Source of the DNA: Actinomycetota bacterium
GTDB taxonomy: Bacteria > Actinomycetota > Geothermincolia > Fen-727 > Anoxymicrobiaceae
DNA length: 64,000 nt
Direction: 5' to 3'
Assembly (NCBI GenBank): GCA_018896525.1
Contig: JAHIMR010000096.1
Location: forward strand, 55,462 to 119,461
Shown: positions 28,483 through 39,977 of the stretch, piece after piece
Numbering within the stretch: position 1 is the first letter of the stretch
Layout: each line of letters begins with the position of its first letter
Translations under genes and position numbers: made by a program
The notes under the pieces: generated by a model
Databases searched by the model: none
What the model saw: the letters and a program-made list of their open reading frames with translations, nothing else
What the model was told of the DNA's origin: nothing

Positions 28483-29118
28483 TTGAACGGGCAAAGGTAT
28501 GCGGGCGGGAATGGGTCATGGCCGAACTCCCAGTGGGTGCCACCACCGGGGCCGTACGGAATGCCACCCGGAATGCCACCTATGGCGCCGATTCCGCCAC
28601 CGGAGCAACCCCGGATAAGGCCGGGGCTCATACGGTGGCTCTGCCTGTCCCTTATCCCGTTCGTCGCCTTGTTAGTACTGTTCCTCCTGCTGTTTGTTGT
28701 CGGGAGACCGTACGTTGTTGACGGGCAGTCGATGATGCCGACGCTGCTGGACGGCGACAGGGTCTTCGTGGTGCCTTACCGTGGAAACACAACAGAGGAC
28801 AGGGGGGACATTGTCGTCGTCAAGTGTGTGACCGGGATGCAGGAGTTGTTGATAAAGCGTGTTGTGGCGATATCCGGGGACAGGATCAAGTCCGGTGACG
28901 GCAAGATCGTCGTGAACGATACTTTCATATACAAGGACACCAACGGGTCTGGTTCCGAGGAGTACGACACCCTGGTGCCGGACGGGCACGTATTCGTGAT
29001 GGGAGATAACGAGAGCAACTCATTCGACAGCCGGTCTTTCGGGCCTGTTCCGAAGAGCGATATCATCGGGAAGGCAATGTTCATTTTCTGGCCGCCGGGA
29101 GACATCAAGAGCTTATAG
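28483..29118 (+). CDS. lepB: Signal peptidase I
   Basis: VDGQSMMPTL (catalytic Ser), LIKRVVAISGD (catalytic Lys box) and GDNESNSFDSRSFGPV. The start is uncertain: TTG 28483 gives a Pro-rich 48-aa extension, with alternatives GTG 28537 and ATG 28561. Confidence 0.85.
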   Translation: MNGQRYAGGNGSWPNSQWVPPPGPYGMPPGMPPMAPIPPPEQPRIRPGLIRWLCLSLIPFVALLVLFLLLFVVGRPYVVDGQSMMPTLLDGDRVFVVPYRGNTTEDRGDIVVVKCVTGMQELLIKRVVAISGDRIKSGDGKIVVNDTFIYKDTNGSGSEEYDTLVPDGHVFVMGDNESNSFDSRSFGPVPKSDIIGKAMFIFWPPGDIKSL

Positions 29119-29167
29119 CTCAAAGGCCAGGGAACCTCGGGAAGGGCGGAGTCAAAGAAAGCTGTTT

Positions 29168-29572
29168 TCAGGTCCCGGTTTTTATCCCTACCTCCTTCCC
29201 CTTGAGGACCATGTATCTCACGATTGTAGTGATAAGACCAACAAATCCTACTCCAGCAATGGATATCCCCAATATTATAAATGGTTGTGCTTCCAACAAC
29301 AGAAGCATAACAATACCAACAATTAGAAAGACCATGCAGATAATCGTGTTTTGCAGTTCGATCCTGTACGGTTGCCCGAGGTCCCTTTCACTCAACTCGA
29401 GAAACTTTTGCAAAATTACGGAAAACACCACGTACCTGTATTCAGGCCGTTCGGGATTCGGGCTTATCCTTTCTATCCGTACCCGCTCCCCTTTCCGGAA
29501 AGCGAGCTCACCCTTAATATGAATATTCTTTTTGATACTACCAAGATCTCCCGGACTGAGTGTTTTCCTCAT
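29168..29572 (-). CDS. Hypothetical membrane protein (2 predicted TM helices at the C-terminus)
   Basis: 134-aa ORF in a visibly AT-richer patch. Hydrophobic stretches MVFLIVGIVMLLLL and FIILGISIAGVGFVGLITTIV. No family recognised. Confidence 0.45.
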   Translation of the reverse strand: MRKTLSPGDLGSIKKNIHIKGELAFRKGERVRIERISPNPERPEYRYVVFSVILQKFLELSERDLGQPYRIELQNTIICMVFLIVGIVMLLLLEAQPFIILGISIAGVGFVGLITTIVRYMVLKGKEVGIKTGT

Positions 29573-29715
29573 TTCATCCCATTTTCCAATTGGCTTTTCC
29601 CATATCTTCCTCTTGACCCATATGTTACCACCATCTTGAGCACCGCTCCAGGTTCAGGTTGGAGCGGCTGCCTTGCGGCGGCGTTCTGTTATCATATCGG
29701 GGAAAGTGACCATGA

Positions 29716-32064
<2,349 letters not shown>

Positions 32065-32073
32065 GGGGTCCGG

Positions 32074-32358
32074 ATGGCGATCAGCATGGAGGAAGTCGAG
32101 CATGTGGCAAAGCTTGCCAGGCTTGCGCTGAGTGGCGAAGAGAAGGAGGCGATGAGGTGCCAGCTTTCCGACGTGCTGGAGCATGCTCACAGGGTATCCG
32201 AGGTTGACACCGAAGGTGTATTACCCACCAGCCATGTCGTACCACTGGTGAACGTCTTCAGGGAGGACGTGGTACGGCCGTCCATCACTCCCTTCGAGGC
32301 CACCGGCAACGCGAGTTGGGCCGAGGAGGGCGCCTTCAGGGTGCCGAGGATACTATGA
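32074..32358 (+). CDS. gatC: Asp/Glu-tRNA amidotransferase subunit C
   Basis: 94 aa. EEVEHVAKLARLALSGEE ... typical GatC. Confidence 0.9.
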   Translation: MAISMEEVEHVAKLARLALSGEEKEAMRCQLSDVLEHAHRVSEVDTEGVLPTSHVVPLVNVFREDVVRPSITPFEATGNASWAEEGAFRVPRIL

Positions 32359-32520
32359 TGTCCCGTCTCATAAATACAATGGCATTCGAACGCCGCTGCA
32401 TCCACTCCGGCTGCGTTCCGCTTCATCGGCGTACTACAGAGTATGCCTCAGTCGCGCGCCTTGCCGGAAGCGGCGCATCGACGTTCTCGGTGCTTCACTG
32501 TACTCATGAGAAGGGACACT
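32358..32520 (+). repeat. MITE-like palindromic intergenic element, copy B
   Basis: Same family as 6773, 44930, 47344 and 53692. Begins on the last base of the gatC TGA and ends 8 nt before the gatA start. Confidence 0.8.
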
Positions 32521-32528
32521 AAGCGGGG

Positions 32529-34001
32529 ATGGGAATGGATATCATCAACCTGGACGCGCTGGCGATAGCGGAGTCCATACGGGAGGGGGAGATCAGCGCG
32601 GTGGACGCTACCACCGCGTTCCTGGAGCGGATCCGGGAGGTCGAGGCGATCGTCAACGCCTATATCAACGTATCGTACGAGGAGGCCGCGCGGCGCGCCG
32701 AGATGATAGACGCGATGCTCGCGGAGGGCCGGGATCCCGGGCCGCTGGCTGGTGTGCCGATAGCGGTGAAAGACCTCCTTTCCACCAGGGGGTTCACAAC
32801 CACATGCGGGTCCCGGATGCTCGAGAACTTCGTTCCCGTCTATGACGCTACGGTGGTTGGGAGAGTGGGCGAAGCGGGGATGGTCATGCTTGGCAAGGCG
32901 AACATGGACGAGTTCGCCATGGGCTCCTCGACCGAGACCTCTTACTTCGGGCCGACGCGAAACCCCTGGAATCCGGACACGGTTCCCGGAGGTTCCAGCG
33001 GCGGCTCGGCGGCGGCGGTGAGCGCCGGGGAGGCCCCGTGGGCCCTGGGTTCGGATACCGGGGGGAGCATAAGACAGCCCGCCGCGATGTGCGGGATAGT
33101 GGGGATGAAACCAACTTACGGCCTGGTTTCCAGGTACGGCCTCGTCGCCTTCGCTTCGTCACTGGACCAGGTAGGCCCGATGGCACGGAACGTTGGAGAC
33201 TGTGCGGCCCTCCTGGGGGTCATCGCCGGGCACGACCCGATGGACTCGACGTCAATCCCCGCGGAGAAGGTGGATTACCAGGGTAGACTCGACGGCGAGG
33301 TGCGCGGGCTCAAGGTGGGGGTAGTAAAGGAGATATCGAGCCGGGGCATCGACGAGGGGGTGCTGGAGCGTTTTCGGGCCGCCGTCTCCAAACTGGAGGG
33401 GCTGGGCATGGAGGTGGGGGAGATATCGCTTCCCAGTTTTGAGTACGCGCTGTCGGCGTATTACGTGATTGCCCCGGCGGAGGCGTCCAGCAACCTGGCA
33501 CGCTTCGACGGGGTCAGGTACGGTTTCCGCGCAAGCGCGGAGGGCGAAGACATCTGGGAGATGTACGACAGGACACGCTCCATAGGGTTCGGTAGCGAGG
33601 TAAAGCGGAGGATAATACTCGGCACCTACGTGCTTTCGGCGGGGTACTACGACGCCTACTACGGGCAGGCGCGGAAGGTGAGGACCCTTATCGTCAAGGA
33701 GTTCGAGCGTGCTTTCCGGACCTATGACGTGCTGGTGTCGCCGACAACGCCGTCGGTCGCGTTCCGCCTGGGTGAGAAGGTTGACGACCCTCTGACGATG
33801 TACCTCTCCGACATGTGCACGATACCGGTGAACCTGGCGGGAATCCCGGCGATAAGCCTGCCTTGCGGCCTGTCGGAGGGTATGCCGGTGGGGTTCCAGT
33901 TGATGGGGCCCGCGCTGGGGGAGGCAACGGTCCTCAACGTGGCCTACGCGCTGGAGTCCGAGCTCGGGTTCGACCAGCGCCCCCCGATCGGCCGCAGTTA
34001 A
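32529..34001 (+). CDS. gatA: Asp/Glu-tRNA amidotransferase subunit A
   Basis: Amidase signature [11 protein letters not shown] and PIAVKD. Confidence 0.95.
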   Translation: MGMDIINLDALAIAESIREGEISAVDATTAFLERIREVEAIVNAYINVSYEEAARRAEMIDAMLAEGRDPGPLAGVPIAVKDLLSTRGFTTTCGSRMLENFVPVYDATVVGRVGEAGMVMLGKANMDEFAMGSSTETSYFGPTRNPWNPDTVPGGSSGGSAAAVSAGEAPWALGSDTGGSIRQPAAMCGIVGMKPTYGLVSRYGLVAFASSLDQVGPMARNVGDCAALLGVIAGHDPMDSTSIPAEKVDYQGRLDGEVRGLKVGVVKEISSRGIDEGVLERFRAAVSKLEGLGMEVGEISLPSFEYALSAYYVIAPAEASSNLARFDGVRYGFRASAEGEDIWEMYDRTRSIGFGSEVKRRIILGTYVLSAGYYDAYYGQARKVRTLIVKEFERAFRTYDVLVSPTTPSVAFRLGEKVDDPLTMYLSDMCTIPVNLAGIPAISLPCGLSEGMPVGFQLMGPALGEATVLNVAYALESELGFDQRPPIGRS

Positions 34002-34002
34002 A

Positions 34003-34084
34003 AAAAACGCAACAATGGTGCCAGGCACCAGACGTGCAAAACGCAACAATGGTGCCAGGCACCAGACGTGCAAAACGCAACAAG
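34003..34084 (+). repeat. Tandem (34-bp period, ~2.3 units) REP-like hairpin repeat ACGCAACAATGGTGCCAGGCACCAGACGTGCAAA
   Basis: Direct reading of the sequence. The same unit occurs at 387-459 and a variant at 24801-24835. The core GGTGCCAGGCACC is palindromic. Confidence 0.8.
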
Positions 34085-34122
34085 TTTAGACGTAAAATAA
34101 AAAAAAGAGGCGAGGGGAATAG

Positions 34123-35562
34123 ATGGAGTTCGAGACAGTCATAGGGCTTGAGATACATGTCGAGCTGTCCACCGATTCAAAGATGTTCTGCTCATGCTCC
34201 GCGGGGTTCGGTGGCGAGCCGAACACCAAGACGTGTCCGGTGTGCCTGGGACATCCGGGCTCCCTGCCGGTGCCCAACCGACGGGCGGTCAATGACACCA
34301 TACTGCTGGCGCTGGCATTGAACTGCGATATCACCGGCTGCTCAATATTTCACCGCAAGAACTACTTCTACCCGGACATGCCCAAGAACTTCCAGATATC
34401 CCAGTACGACATCCCGATCTCCTCGGGCGGCACTCTGGAAATCGACATGGGGGAGTATACGCGTACGGTGGGGATAACCAGGGTCCACCTGGAGGAGGAT
34501 ACCGGCAAGAGTGTACACGTGGGGGAAAGCGGGCGAATTCACGGCGCGGAGTACAGCCTGGAGGACTTCAACAGGGCGGGCATACCGCTGGCCGAGATAG
34601 TTTCCGAGCCCGACCTTCGCACGCCGGATGAGGCGCGGAAGTTCATGCAACTCCTTCATTCCACTATTCGGTACCTGGAGATAAGCGACTGCAAGATGGA
34701 GGAGGGTTCCCTGCGCTGTGACGCCAACATATCGGTGGCGGTTGATGGCTCCATGGGGACCAAGGTGGAGATAAAGAACATGAACTCCTTCAGGGCTATG
34801 CACAGGGCGCTCACTTACGAGGAGCAGCGGCAGCGGCGGACCATCAGGGACGGGGGCGAAGTGGTACAGGAGACCCGTCACTGGGACGACGCCCGGGGCA
34901 CCACCAGCCCGCTACGCAGCAAGGAGGAGGCGTTCGACTACCGTTACTTCCCCGAGCCGGACCTGGTGCCGCTGGAGCCGGACGAGGCATGGGTGAGAGA
35001 GTTGCGGGAGGGACTGCCGGAGCTTCCCGGAGACAGGGTGCGGAGGTTCGTCTCGGAGTACGGACTTTCCCGGGAGATAGCGGAGACGCTCACCGGCGAG
35101 AGGGCGCTGGCCGATTACTTCGAGGATGCGGCGGGTAAAGGCCAGGACCCGGTGGCGGTGGCAAAGTGGATTGCCGGGGACCTGGGGGCGCTCCTCAACG
35201 ATGCCGCCGTTACTATCCAGAGTTGTCCGGTCGGCACCGGTGGGCTTTCCGAACTGGTGGAACTGATAGATGGCGGCGTCATCTCGGGCAAGATGGCCAA
35301 GGACGTGCTGAAGGAAGCGTTTGAGACCGGCAACTCTCCCCGGCTGATAGTAGAGGAGAAGGGCCTCACCCAGATAGCCGATGAGTCTGAGCTCGATACA
35401 CTGGTTGACGAGGTCATTGAGGAGAACCCCGGGGCGGCCGACGACATGCGCGACGGAAAGGAGCAGGCCCTCAAGTTCCTGATGGGTCAGGTCATGAAGA
35501 AGACGCGCGGCAAGGCCAACCCGAAGGCCGCGTCGGACATCATCCGCAAGAGATTAACCTGA
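34123..35562 (+). CDS. gatB: Asp/Glu-tRNA amidotransferase subunit B
   Basis: MEFETVIGLEIHVEL...CPVCLGHPGSLP, typical GatB. Confidence 0.95.
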   Translation: MEFETVIGLEIHVELSTDSKMFCSCSAGFGGEPNTKTCPVCLGHPGSLPVPNRRAVNDTILLALALNCDITGCSIFHRKNYFYPDMPKNFQISQYDIPISSGGTLEIDMGEYTRTVGITRVHLEEDTGKSVHVGESGRIHGAEYSLEDFNRAGIPLAEIVSEPDLRTPDEARKFMQLLHSTIRYLEISDCKMEEGSLRCDANISVAVDGSMGTKVEIKNMNSFRAMHRALTYEEQRQRRTIRDGGEVVQETRHWDDARGTTSPLRSKEEAFDYRYFPEPDLVPLEPDEAWVRELREGLPELPGDRVRRFVSEYGLSREIAETLTGERALADYFEDAAGKGQDPVAVAKWIAGDLGALLNDAAVTIQSCPVGTGGLSELVELIDGGVISGKMAKDVLKEAFETGNSPRLIVEEKGLTQIADESELDTLVDEVIEENPGAADDMRDGKEQALKFLMGQVMKKTRGKANPKAASDIIRKRLT

Positions 35563-35576
35563 TTTTCCCGGTAACG

Positions 35577-36302
35577 CTATCTGTCAACGTCGTACCAGAT
35601 GGGCCGGCAACGAACGGGGTCCCTGACTTTCCTCTTCAATCCCCACATCATAGGCAGGCGGGTTCTCAACATCTTCCACCTGGGCGCGACCCTTCTGGCC
35701 GACGTTACAACGCGGCAGTCGGAGATGACCACGAACCTTTTACCCGACAGCTTCCCGTCCGCCCTGAGGAGTTTCGCCAGTGCGACGTCCTCCAGCCCGT
35801 ACATGGTTTTATCGAAGCCACCGGCCCTCTCGAACGCCGCCCTTTCGCAGAACAGGAAAGCGCCCCACTGTTTTCGGAACACGAAGCACAGGTAGTTCAT
35901 GAGTCTCGCGAGCACTCGAAGGTCCCAGTGGGCGTCATAATCGATGAAGACACCTCCACCTATGACGGCGCCGCTTTCCAAGAGTCCGTCCACCCTCCGG
36001 AGAAGGCTCGAGTCAATAGTCGTATCGGCGTCAAGGAACACCAGGTACTCGCCCCTCGAAGCCCGTGCTCCCGCGTTCCGCGCCTTCGCTATCATATTCT
36101 CCCCCTCGAATACCACCCTGGCGCCGTACCCGGTCGCTACGGCCGCGGTTCCGTCGGTGGAGTTGTTGTCGACCACGATTACCTCGACGCCACCGGCGTT
36201 GCCGTACGCGCCTATGGCCCGCTTCACGGATTCGAGGGTATTCCCGATGTAGCCCTCCTCGTTATAGGCAGGAATAATCACTGATAGGTGAGGTTCTTTC
36301 AC
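35577..36302 (-). CDS. Family 2 glycosyltransferase
   Basis: LSVIIPAYNEE ... VVDNNSTDGT ... FLDADT (DxD) motifs. Confidence 0.8.
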   Translation of the reverse strand: MKEPHLSVIIPAYNEEGYIGNTLESVKRAIGAYGNAGGVEVIVVDNNSTDGTAAVATGYGARVVFEGENMIAKARNAGARASRGEYLVFLDADTTIDSSLLRRVDGLLESGAVIGGGVFIDYDAHWDLRVLARLMNYLCFVFRKQWGAFLFCERAAFERAGGFDKTMYGLEDVALAKLLRADGKLSGKRFVVISDCRVVTSARRVAPRWKMLRTRLPMMWGLKRKVRDPVRCRPIWYDVDR

Positions 36303-36338
36303 TGTTTAACCGGTGCGGTCATGACGCGGCGTGTGCAT

Positions 36339-36722
36339 TTAGCCCTCTTCCCCGGAGACCAGTTCCTTGTACTCGGCCGCGGACAGGAGACTCTCCAACT
36401 CGCCGGCGTCACTCATTTCGATTATGGCGACCCAGCCTTTGCCGTAGGGGTCCTCGTTGATTAGCTCAGGCTCGTCCTCAACCTCGGAGTTGACCTCTTT
36501 GACGGTCCCCGATACCGGGGCGTAGAGGTCGGAGACTGACTTACGGGACTCTATCTCACCAAACTCCCCTCCGGCCTCGACCTCGCTGCCGGCCTCCGGC
36601 ACCTCCAGGAACACTACCTCGCCAAGCTGGTCCTGCGCGAAGTAGCTGATCCCAACGGTGCCGTCACTCCGTACCCACATGTGCTCCTTGTGATACTTCA
36701 GATCCTCGGGAAAGTTATCCAT
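36339..36722 (-). CDS. gcvH: Glycine cleavage system protein H (lipoyl carrier)
   Basis: KYHKEHMWVR..., lipoyl-lysine region GEIESRKSVSDLYAPVSG. Start set at ATG 36722 preceded by AGGAGG. Confidence 0.9.
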   Translation of the reverse strand: MDNFPEDLKYHKEHMWVRSDGTVGISYFAQDQLGEVVFLEVPEAGSEVEAGGEFGEIESRKSVSDLYAPVSGTVKEVNSEVEDEPELINEDPYGKGWVAIIEMSDAGELESLLSAAEYKELVSGEEG

Positions 36723-36834
36723 CCTATCTACCTCCTGTTGTTGTACCGAAAGGAATATATCAAATGGCCGGTGATATTTCAATCACGATCAGGACCCGGA
36801 GAACGTTCCCGCATGAGTCCCTACCGGCAAAGGG

Positions 36835-37029
36835 TCAACGCCTGTACCAGTTAACCCCATCGGGGTCCACGATATGCTTACCTTCATACAGGATCTTGTA
36901 CTCGACGGTCTGTCCCGACAGATTGGGTACCCTCTCCGCCTCTCCGAAGACCGCCGTCAGCTTGTCGCCTTCCACCTCGTACGTTCCGGTGATTGTTCCG
37001 GTGCCTCTTGATGTCATGACCTTGTACAC
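36835..37029 (-). pseudogene. Possible remnant of a small beta-rich (lipocalin-like?) protein gene
   Basis: 64-aa ORF with only a GTG start. The upstream frame is closed by a TGA 13 codons earlier, with no ATG or RBS. The sequence GTITGTYEVEGDKLTAVFG...YKILYEG looks like part of a beta-barrel domain. Confidence 0.3.
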
Positions 37030-37170
37030 GAACGTACCGTCGGGCTTGAGCCCTATGGTCCTGATTCACAGCGACTCACAGTCCCCACTCTTGCCGATAG
37101 TTTATAATGTTACTGGTCGAGGTGTTATCTGGAGTCGAATTCCAGGGCATCATGAGCGAAGGGGGTGTAG

Positions 37171-37497
37171 ATGCGTGACATAAGGAACATTAGAAGCCTC
37201 GTTGAACGCGTGAAGCGGGGCCTTGTCGACCTTCACGGTAATGGAATAAAAGAGGTCCTTGTCTACGGGTCATTTGCGCGCGGGAACGCCACCGACGATT
37301 CGGACATCGACATAGCTGTTATTGTCGACGCGAGCATGAGTCCCCCTGAAGTGGAGTCAAGCATCAGCGACCTGCTGTTCGAAATCCTCATCGAGGATGG
37401 CGAGCTTGTCTCGCTGATAGCGATTCCGGAGGAGATGTACAGGGAGTACGATTCGCCGTTTCTGATGAATGCTCGGGTGGAGGCTGTTACGGTTTGA
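37171..37497 (+). CDS. Minimal nucleotidyltransferase (MNT) antitoxin of a HEPN/MNT module
   Basis: VLVYGSFARGNATDDSDIDIAVIV is the GS-x10-DxD Pol-beta-type NTase motif. Its stop overlaps the downstream HEPN gene by 4 nt. Confidence 0.8.
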   Translation: MRDIRNIRSLVERVKRGLVDLHGNGIKEVLVYGSFARGNATDDSDIDIAVIVDASMSPPEVESSISDLLFEILIEDGELVSLIAIPEEMYREYDSPFLMNARVEAVTV

Positions 37498-37865
37498 GCG
37501 CCACGGAAGACCTGACGATAAAAGCGGGCAGATTCATCAAGACGGCGGAGCTCGCCCTCAGTGACGGGGATTATGATTCATGTGTCTCGCGTTGCTACTA
37601 CGCGATGTTCTTCATGGCAGAGGCGCTTCTTGCGAAAAAGGGCTTGGCGGCTTCCTCGCACAAGGGTGTCATCAGCCTCTTCGGCGCCCATTTCGTCAAG
37701 TCCGGGGCGATGAAGCCGGAATTCGGAAAAGCCCTCAGAAGGGCGTTTGACCTCCGGCAGAAAGGCGACTATTCTACCGGCCTTGTTGTAACCAGGCAGG
37801 AGGCAGAGGACTGCCTGCAGAGGGCCAAGGACTTCGTATCCAAGGCTGACTCCCTCTTGGGATGA
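37494..37865 (+). CDS. HEPN domain protein (toxin partner of the MNT)
   Basis: 123 aa. CYYAMFFMAEALL...SSHKGVISLF...LRQKGDY pattern of COG2250-type HEPN proteins. Translationally coupled to the MNT gene. Confidence 0.8.
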   Translation: MSATEDLTIKAGRFIKTAELALSDGDYDSCVSRCYYAMFFMAEALLAKKGLAASSHKGVISLFGAHFVKSGAMKPEFGKALRRAFDLRQKGDYSTGLVVTRQEAEDCLQRAKDFVSKADSLLG

Positions 37866-38158
37866 GACGTCACCGCAGCTCAATCTGAGCGGGCCCTGTG
37901 TGTCAACGTGAGTGAGACACTTACCCCCCAAGAGCTTAGTGTACAACTGAGGGCGGGAAGGGGTAGCACGATTATCCAGGTTTGATACAATGCTTCGTTT
38001 TAGTAGTATTCATACAGGTAACAGCAAAGCAGCCGGTTAATGCGATAAAAGCGCTTCCAATAGCTGCTTGAAACCAATACAATATGTTGTCAACCAGTTC
38101 CCCGCCGGGGCCCGGAGGCTCCAGGGGGGAACATCGATTATTGGAGGGATATTCTGCT

Positions 38159-39415
38159 GTGGGAAAGACAATATCCGAGAAGATACTGAGCGCGCACTCG
38201 GGCCGGGACGCGTGCGCCGGTGACATAGTGATAGCCGAGCTGGATTTCATGATGGCCCAGGACGGGACCGCGCCGCTTTCCATACGGTCTTTCGAGGGCA
38301 TGGAGGGCACGGCGGTCGCCCATCCTGAGAGGGCGGCGTTCTTCATCGACCACAGCGCGCCGAGTCCACTGCGGGCGGTCTCCGATCTGCACGACCTGAT
38401 GCGCGCCTTCGCGTCCAAATACGGCTTCGAGTTGAGTGATGTTGGCGAGGGGGTCTGCCACCAGGTAATGCTGGACAGGGGACACGCGCTACCCGGCGGC
38501 CTGGTGATAGGCGCGGATTCCCACACCTGCACCTACGGCGCAGTCAACGCTTTTTCCACCGGGGTCGGCTCTACCGACCTCGCGGCGGGACTGCTGTCCG
38601 GCTCCCTGTGGTTCAGGGTCCCCGAGACGATGAAGGTGACAGTGAGCGGGGCGCTACGGCCGGGGGTTTTCGCCAAGGACATAGCGTTGATGATGGTGGG
38701 CGACATCACCGCCGACGGCGCCACCTACCACGCGCTGGAGATAGGCGGCGAGACGATCAGCGCCATGGAACTGGACGGTCGGATGACCATCAGCAACCTG
38801 GCTGTCGAGATGGGGGCCAAGGCAGGACTCATGGAGGCGGACGATAAAACGCTGGCGTTCTTCCGGGGGAGGACCGATGCCGCGCTGAAGCCGGTATCAC
38901 CGGACCCCGACGCAAAGTACATAGAGGTGGTCGAATTTGACGTCTCGGACCTGGTTCCGCAGGTGGCAAGCCCGCATACCGTGGACAACGTCGGCGCGGT
39001 GGGGGAGGTCGAGGGAACACCGGTGGCCGAAGGCCTCATCGGCACCTGCACCAACGGGCGGCCCGACGACCTGAGGGTCGCGGCGCGGATAGTCGAGGGA
39101 GGGAAGGTGGCACCGGGGGTGCGGCTGATCGTTGCCCCGGCGTCGAGGGAGGTCATGCTGAGGGCGCTTGCCGAGGGGCTCATAGAGGTGTTCGTCGAGG
39201 CGGGCGCGGTAGTGGTGCCCCCCGGGTGCGCCTGTTGCGTGGGGACGCACCAGGGGGTGCCGGGTGACGGGGAGAACGTGATATCGACCGCCAACCGGAA
39301 CTTCAAGGGGCGCATGGGAAACCCCGAGGCTTTCATATACCTGGCCTCGCCGGCAACGGTCGCGGCCAGTTGCCTGGAGGGCAGGATAACGGACCCACGG
39401 AGGCACTTTGACTGA
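38159..39415 (+). CDS. Aconitase-family dehydratase large subunit (LeuC/HacA-type; paralog of 50686..51942)
   Basis: GKTISEKIL..., DHS.P..., GADSHTCTYGA and CTNGR Fe-S ligand motifs. Start set at GTG 38159 after GGAGGG. Confidence 0.85.
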   Translation: MGKTISEKILSAHSGRDACAGDIVIAELDFMMAQDGTAPLSIRSFEGMEGTAVAHPERAAFFIDHSAPSPLRAVSDLHDLMRAFASKYGFELSDVGEGVCHQVMLDRGHALPGGLVIGADSHTCTYGAVNAFSTGVGSTDLAAGLLSGSLWFRVPETMKVTVSGALRPGVFAKDIALMMVGDITADGATYHALEIGGETISAMELDGRMTISNLAVEMGAKAGLMEADDKTLAFFRGRTDAALKPVSPDPDAKYIEVVEFDVSDLVPQVASPHTVDNVGAVGEVEGTPVAEGLIGTCTNGRPDDLRVAARIVEGGKVAPGVRLIVAPASREVMLRALAEGLIEVFVEAGAVVVPPGCACCVGTHQGVPGDGENVISTANRNFKGRMGNPEAFIYLASPATVAASCLEGRITDPRRHFD

Positions 39416-39463
39416 CGGGCCGCCATCAAAGAGGGTACGGATAGTAACGTTTGAGAGGTTGAG

Positions 39464-39964
39464 ATGGTTATAAAGGGAAAGGCGCACCGGTTCTCAGACG
39501 ATGTCAACACCGATTACATCATATCCGGGCGGTACAAGTTCAAGACGCTGGACATGAACGAACTGGGACGCCACGTGATGGAGGACCTCGACCCCGGGTT
39601 CCATGCGCGCCTGGAGAAGGGGGACTTCCTGGTTGCGGGAAAGAACTTCGGGTGTGGCTCGTCCAGGGAGCAGGCGCCCCTTGCGCTGAAGGCGGCGGGG
39701 GTTGCCGCGGTGCTGGCGGAGTCGTTCGCCAGGATCTACTTCCGCAACTCGATAAACAACGGGCTTCCGGCGCTGGTCTGTGACACGTCGCAAATAGCGG
39801 ACGGGGACCAATTGGAGATTGACCTGGAGAGCGGTACGATAAGCGATGTGGCAAGCGGTGCCACGGTGGAAAGCAGCCCCCTGTCCGGGGTGATGGTGGA
39901 TATACTGTCGGAGGGTGGCCTGGTGGAGTACATCAAGAAGCATGGTGGGTTGGTAACGGAGTGA
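39464..39964 (+). CDS. Aconitase-family dehydratase small subunit (LeuD/HacB-type, short form)
   Basis: 166 aa. DVNTDYIISGRY ... GKNFGCGSSREQAP ... FARIYFRNSINNGLP. Confidence 0.85.
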   Translation: MVIKGKAHRFSDDVNTDYIISGRYKFKTLDMNELGRHVMEDLDPGFHARLEKGDFLVAGKNFGCGSSREQAPLALKAAGVAAVLAESFARIYFRNSINNGLPALVCDTSQIADGDQLEIDLESGTISDVASGATVESSPLSGVMVDILSEGGLVEYIKKHGGLVTE

Positions 39965-39977
39965 ATAGACGAAAATA

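Larger units (their letters stand above)
25620..28490 (+). mobile_element. IS607-like element #1 with non-canonical three-gene content (tnpA - HEPN-motif ORF - enlarged tnpB-like); boundaries approximate
   Basis: An AT-rich left end resembles the left end of the second IS607 copy (...CAGTT...ATCATG.ATAT...CACATG). The three ORFs are coupled by ATGA / GTGATG overlaps. The right side carries 3x TTGAACGG, resembling the GGAACGG terminus of element #2. Confidence 0.6.
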
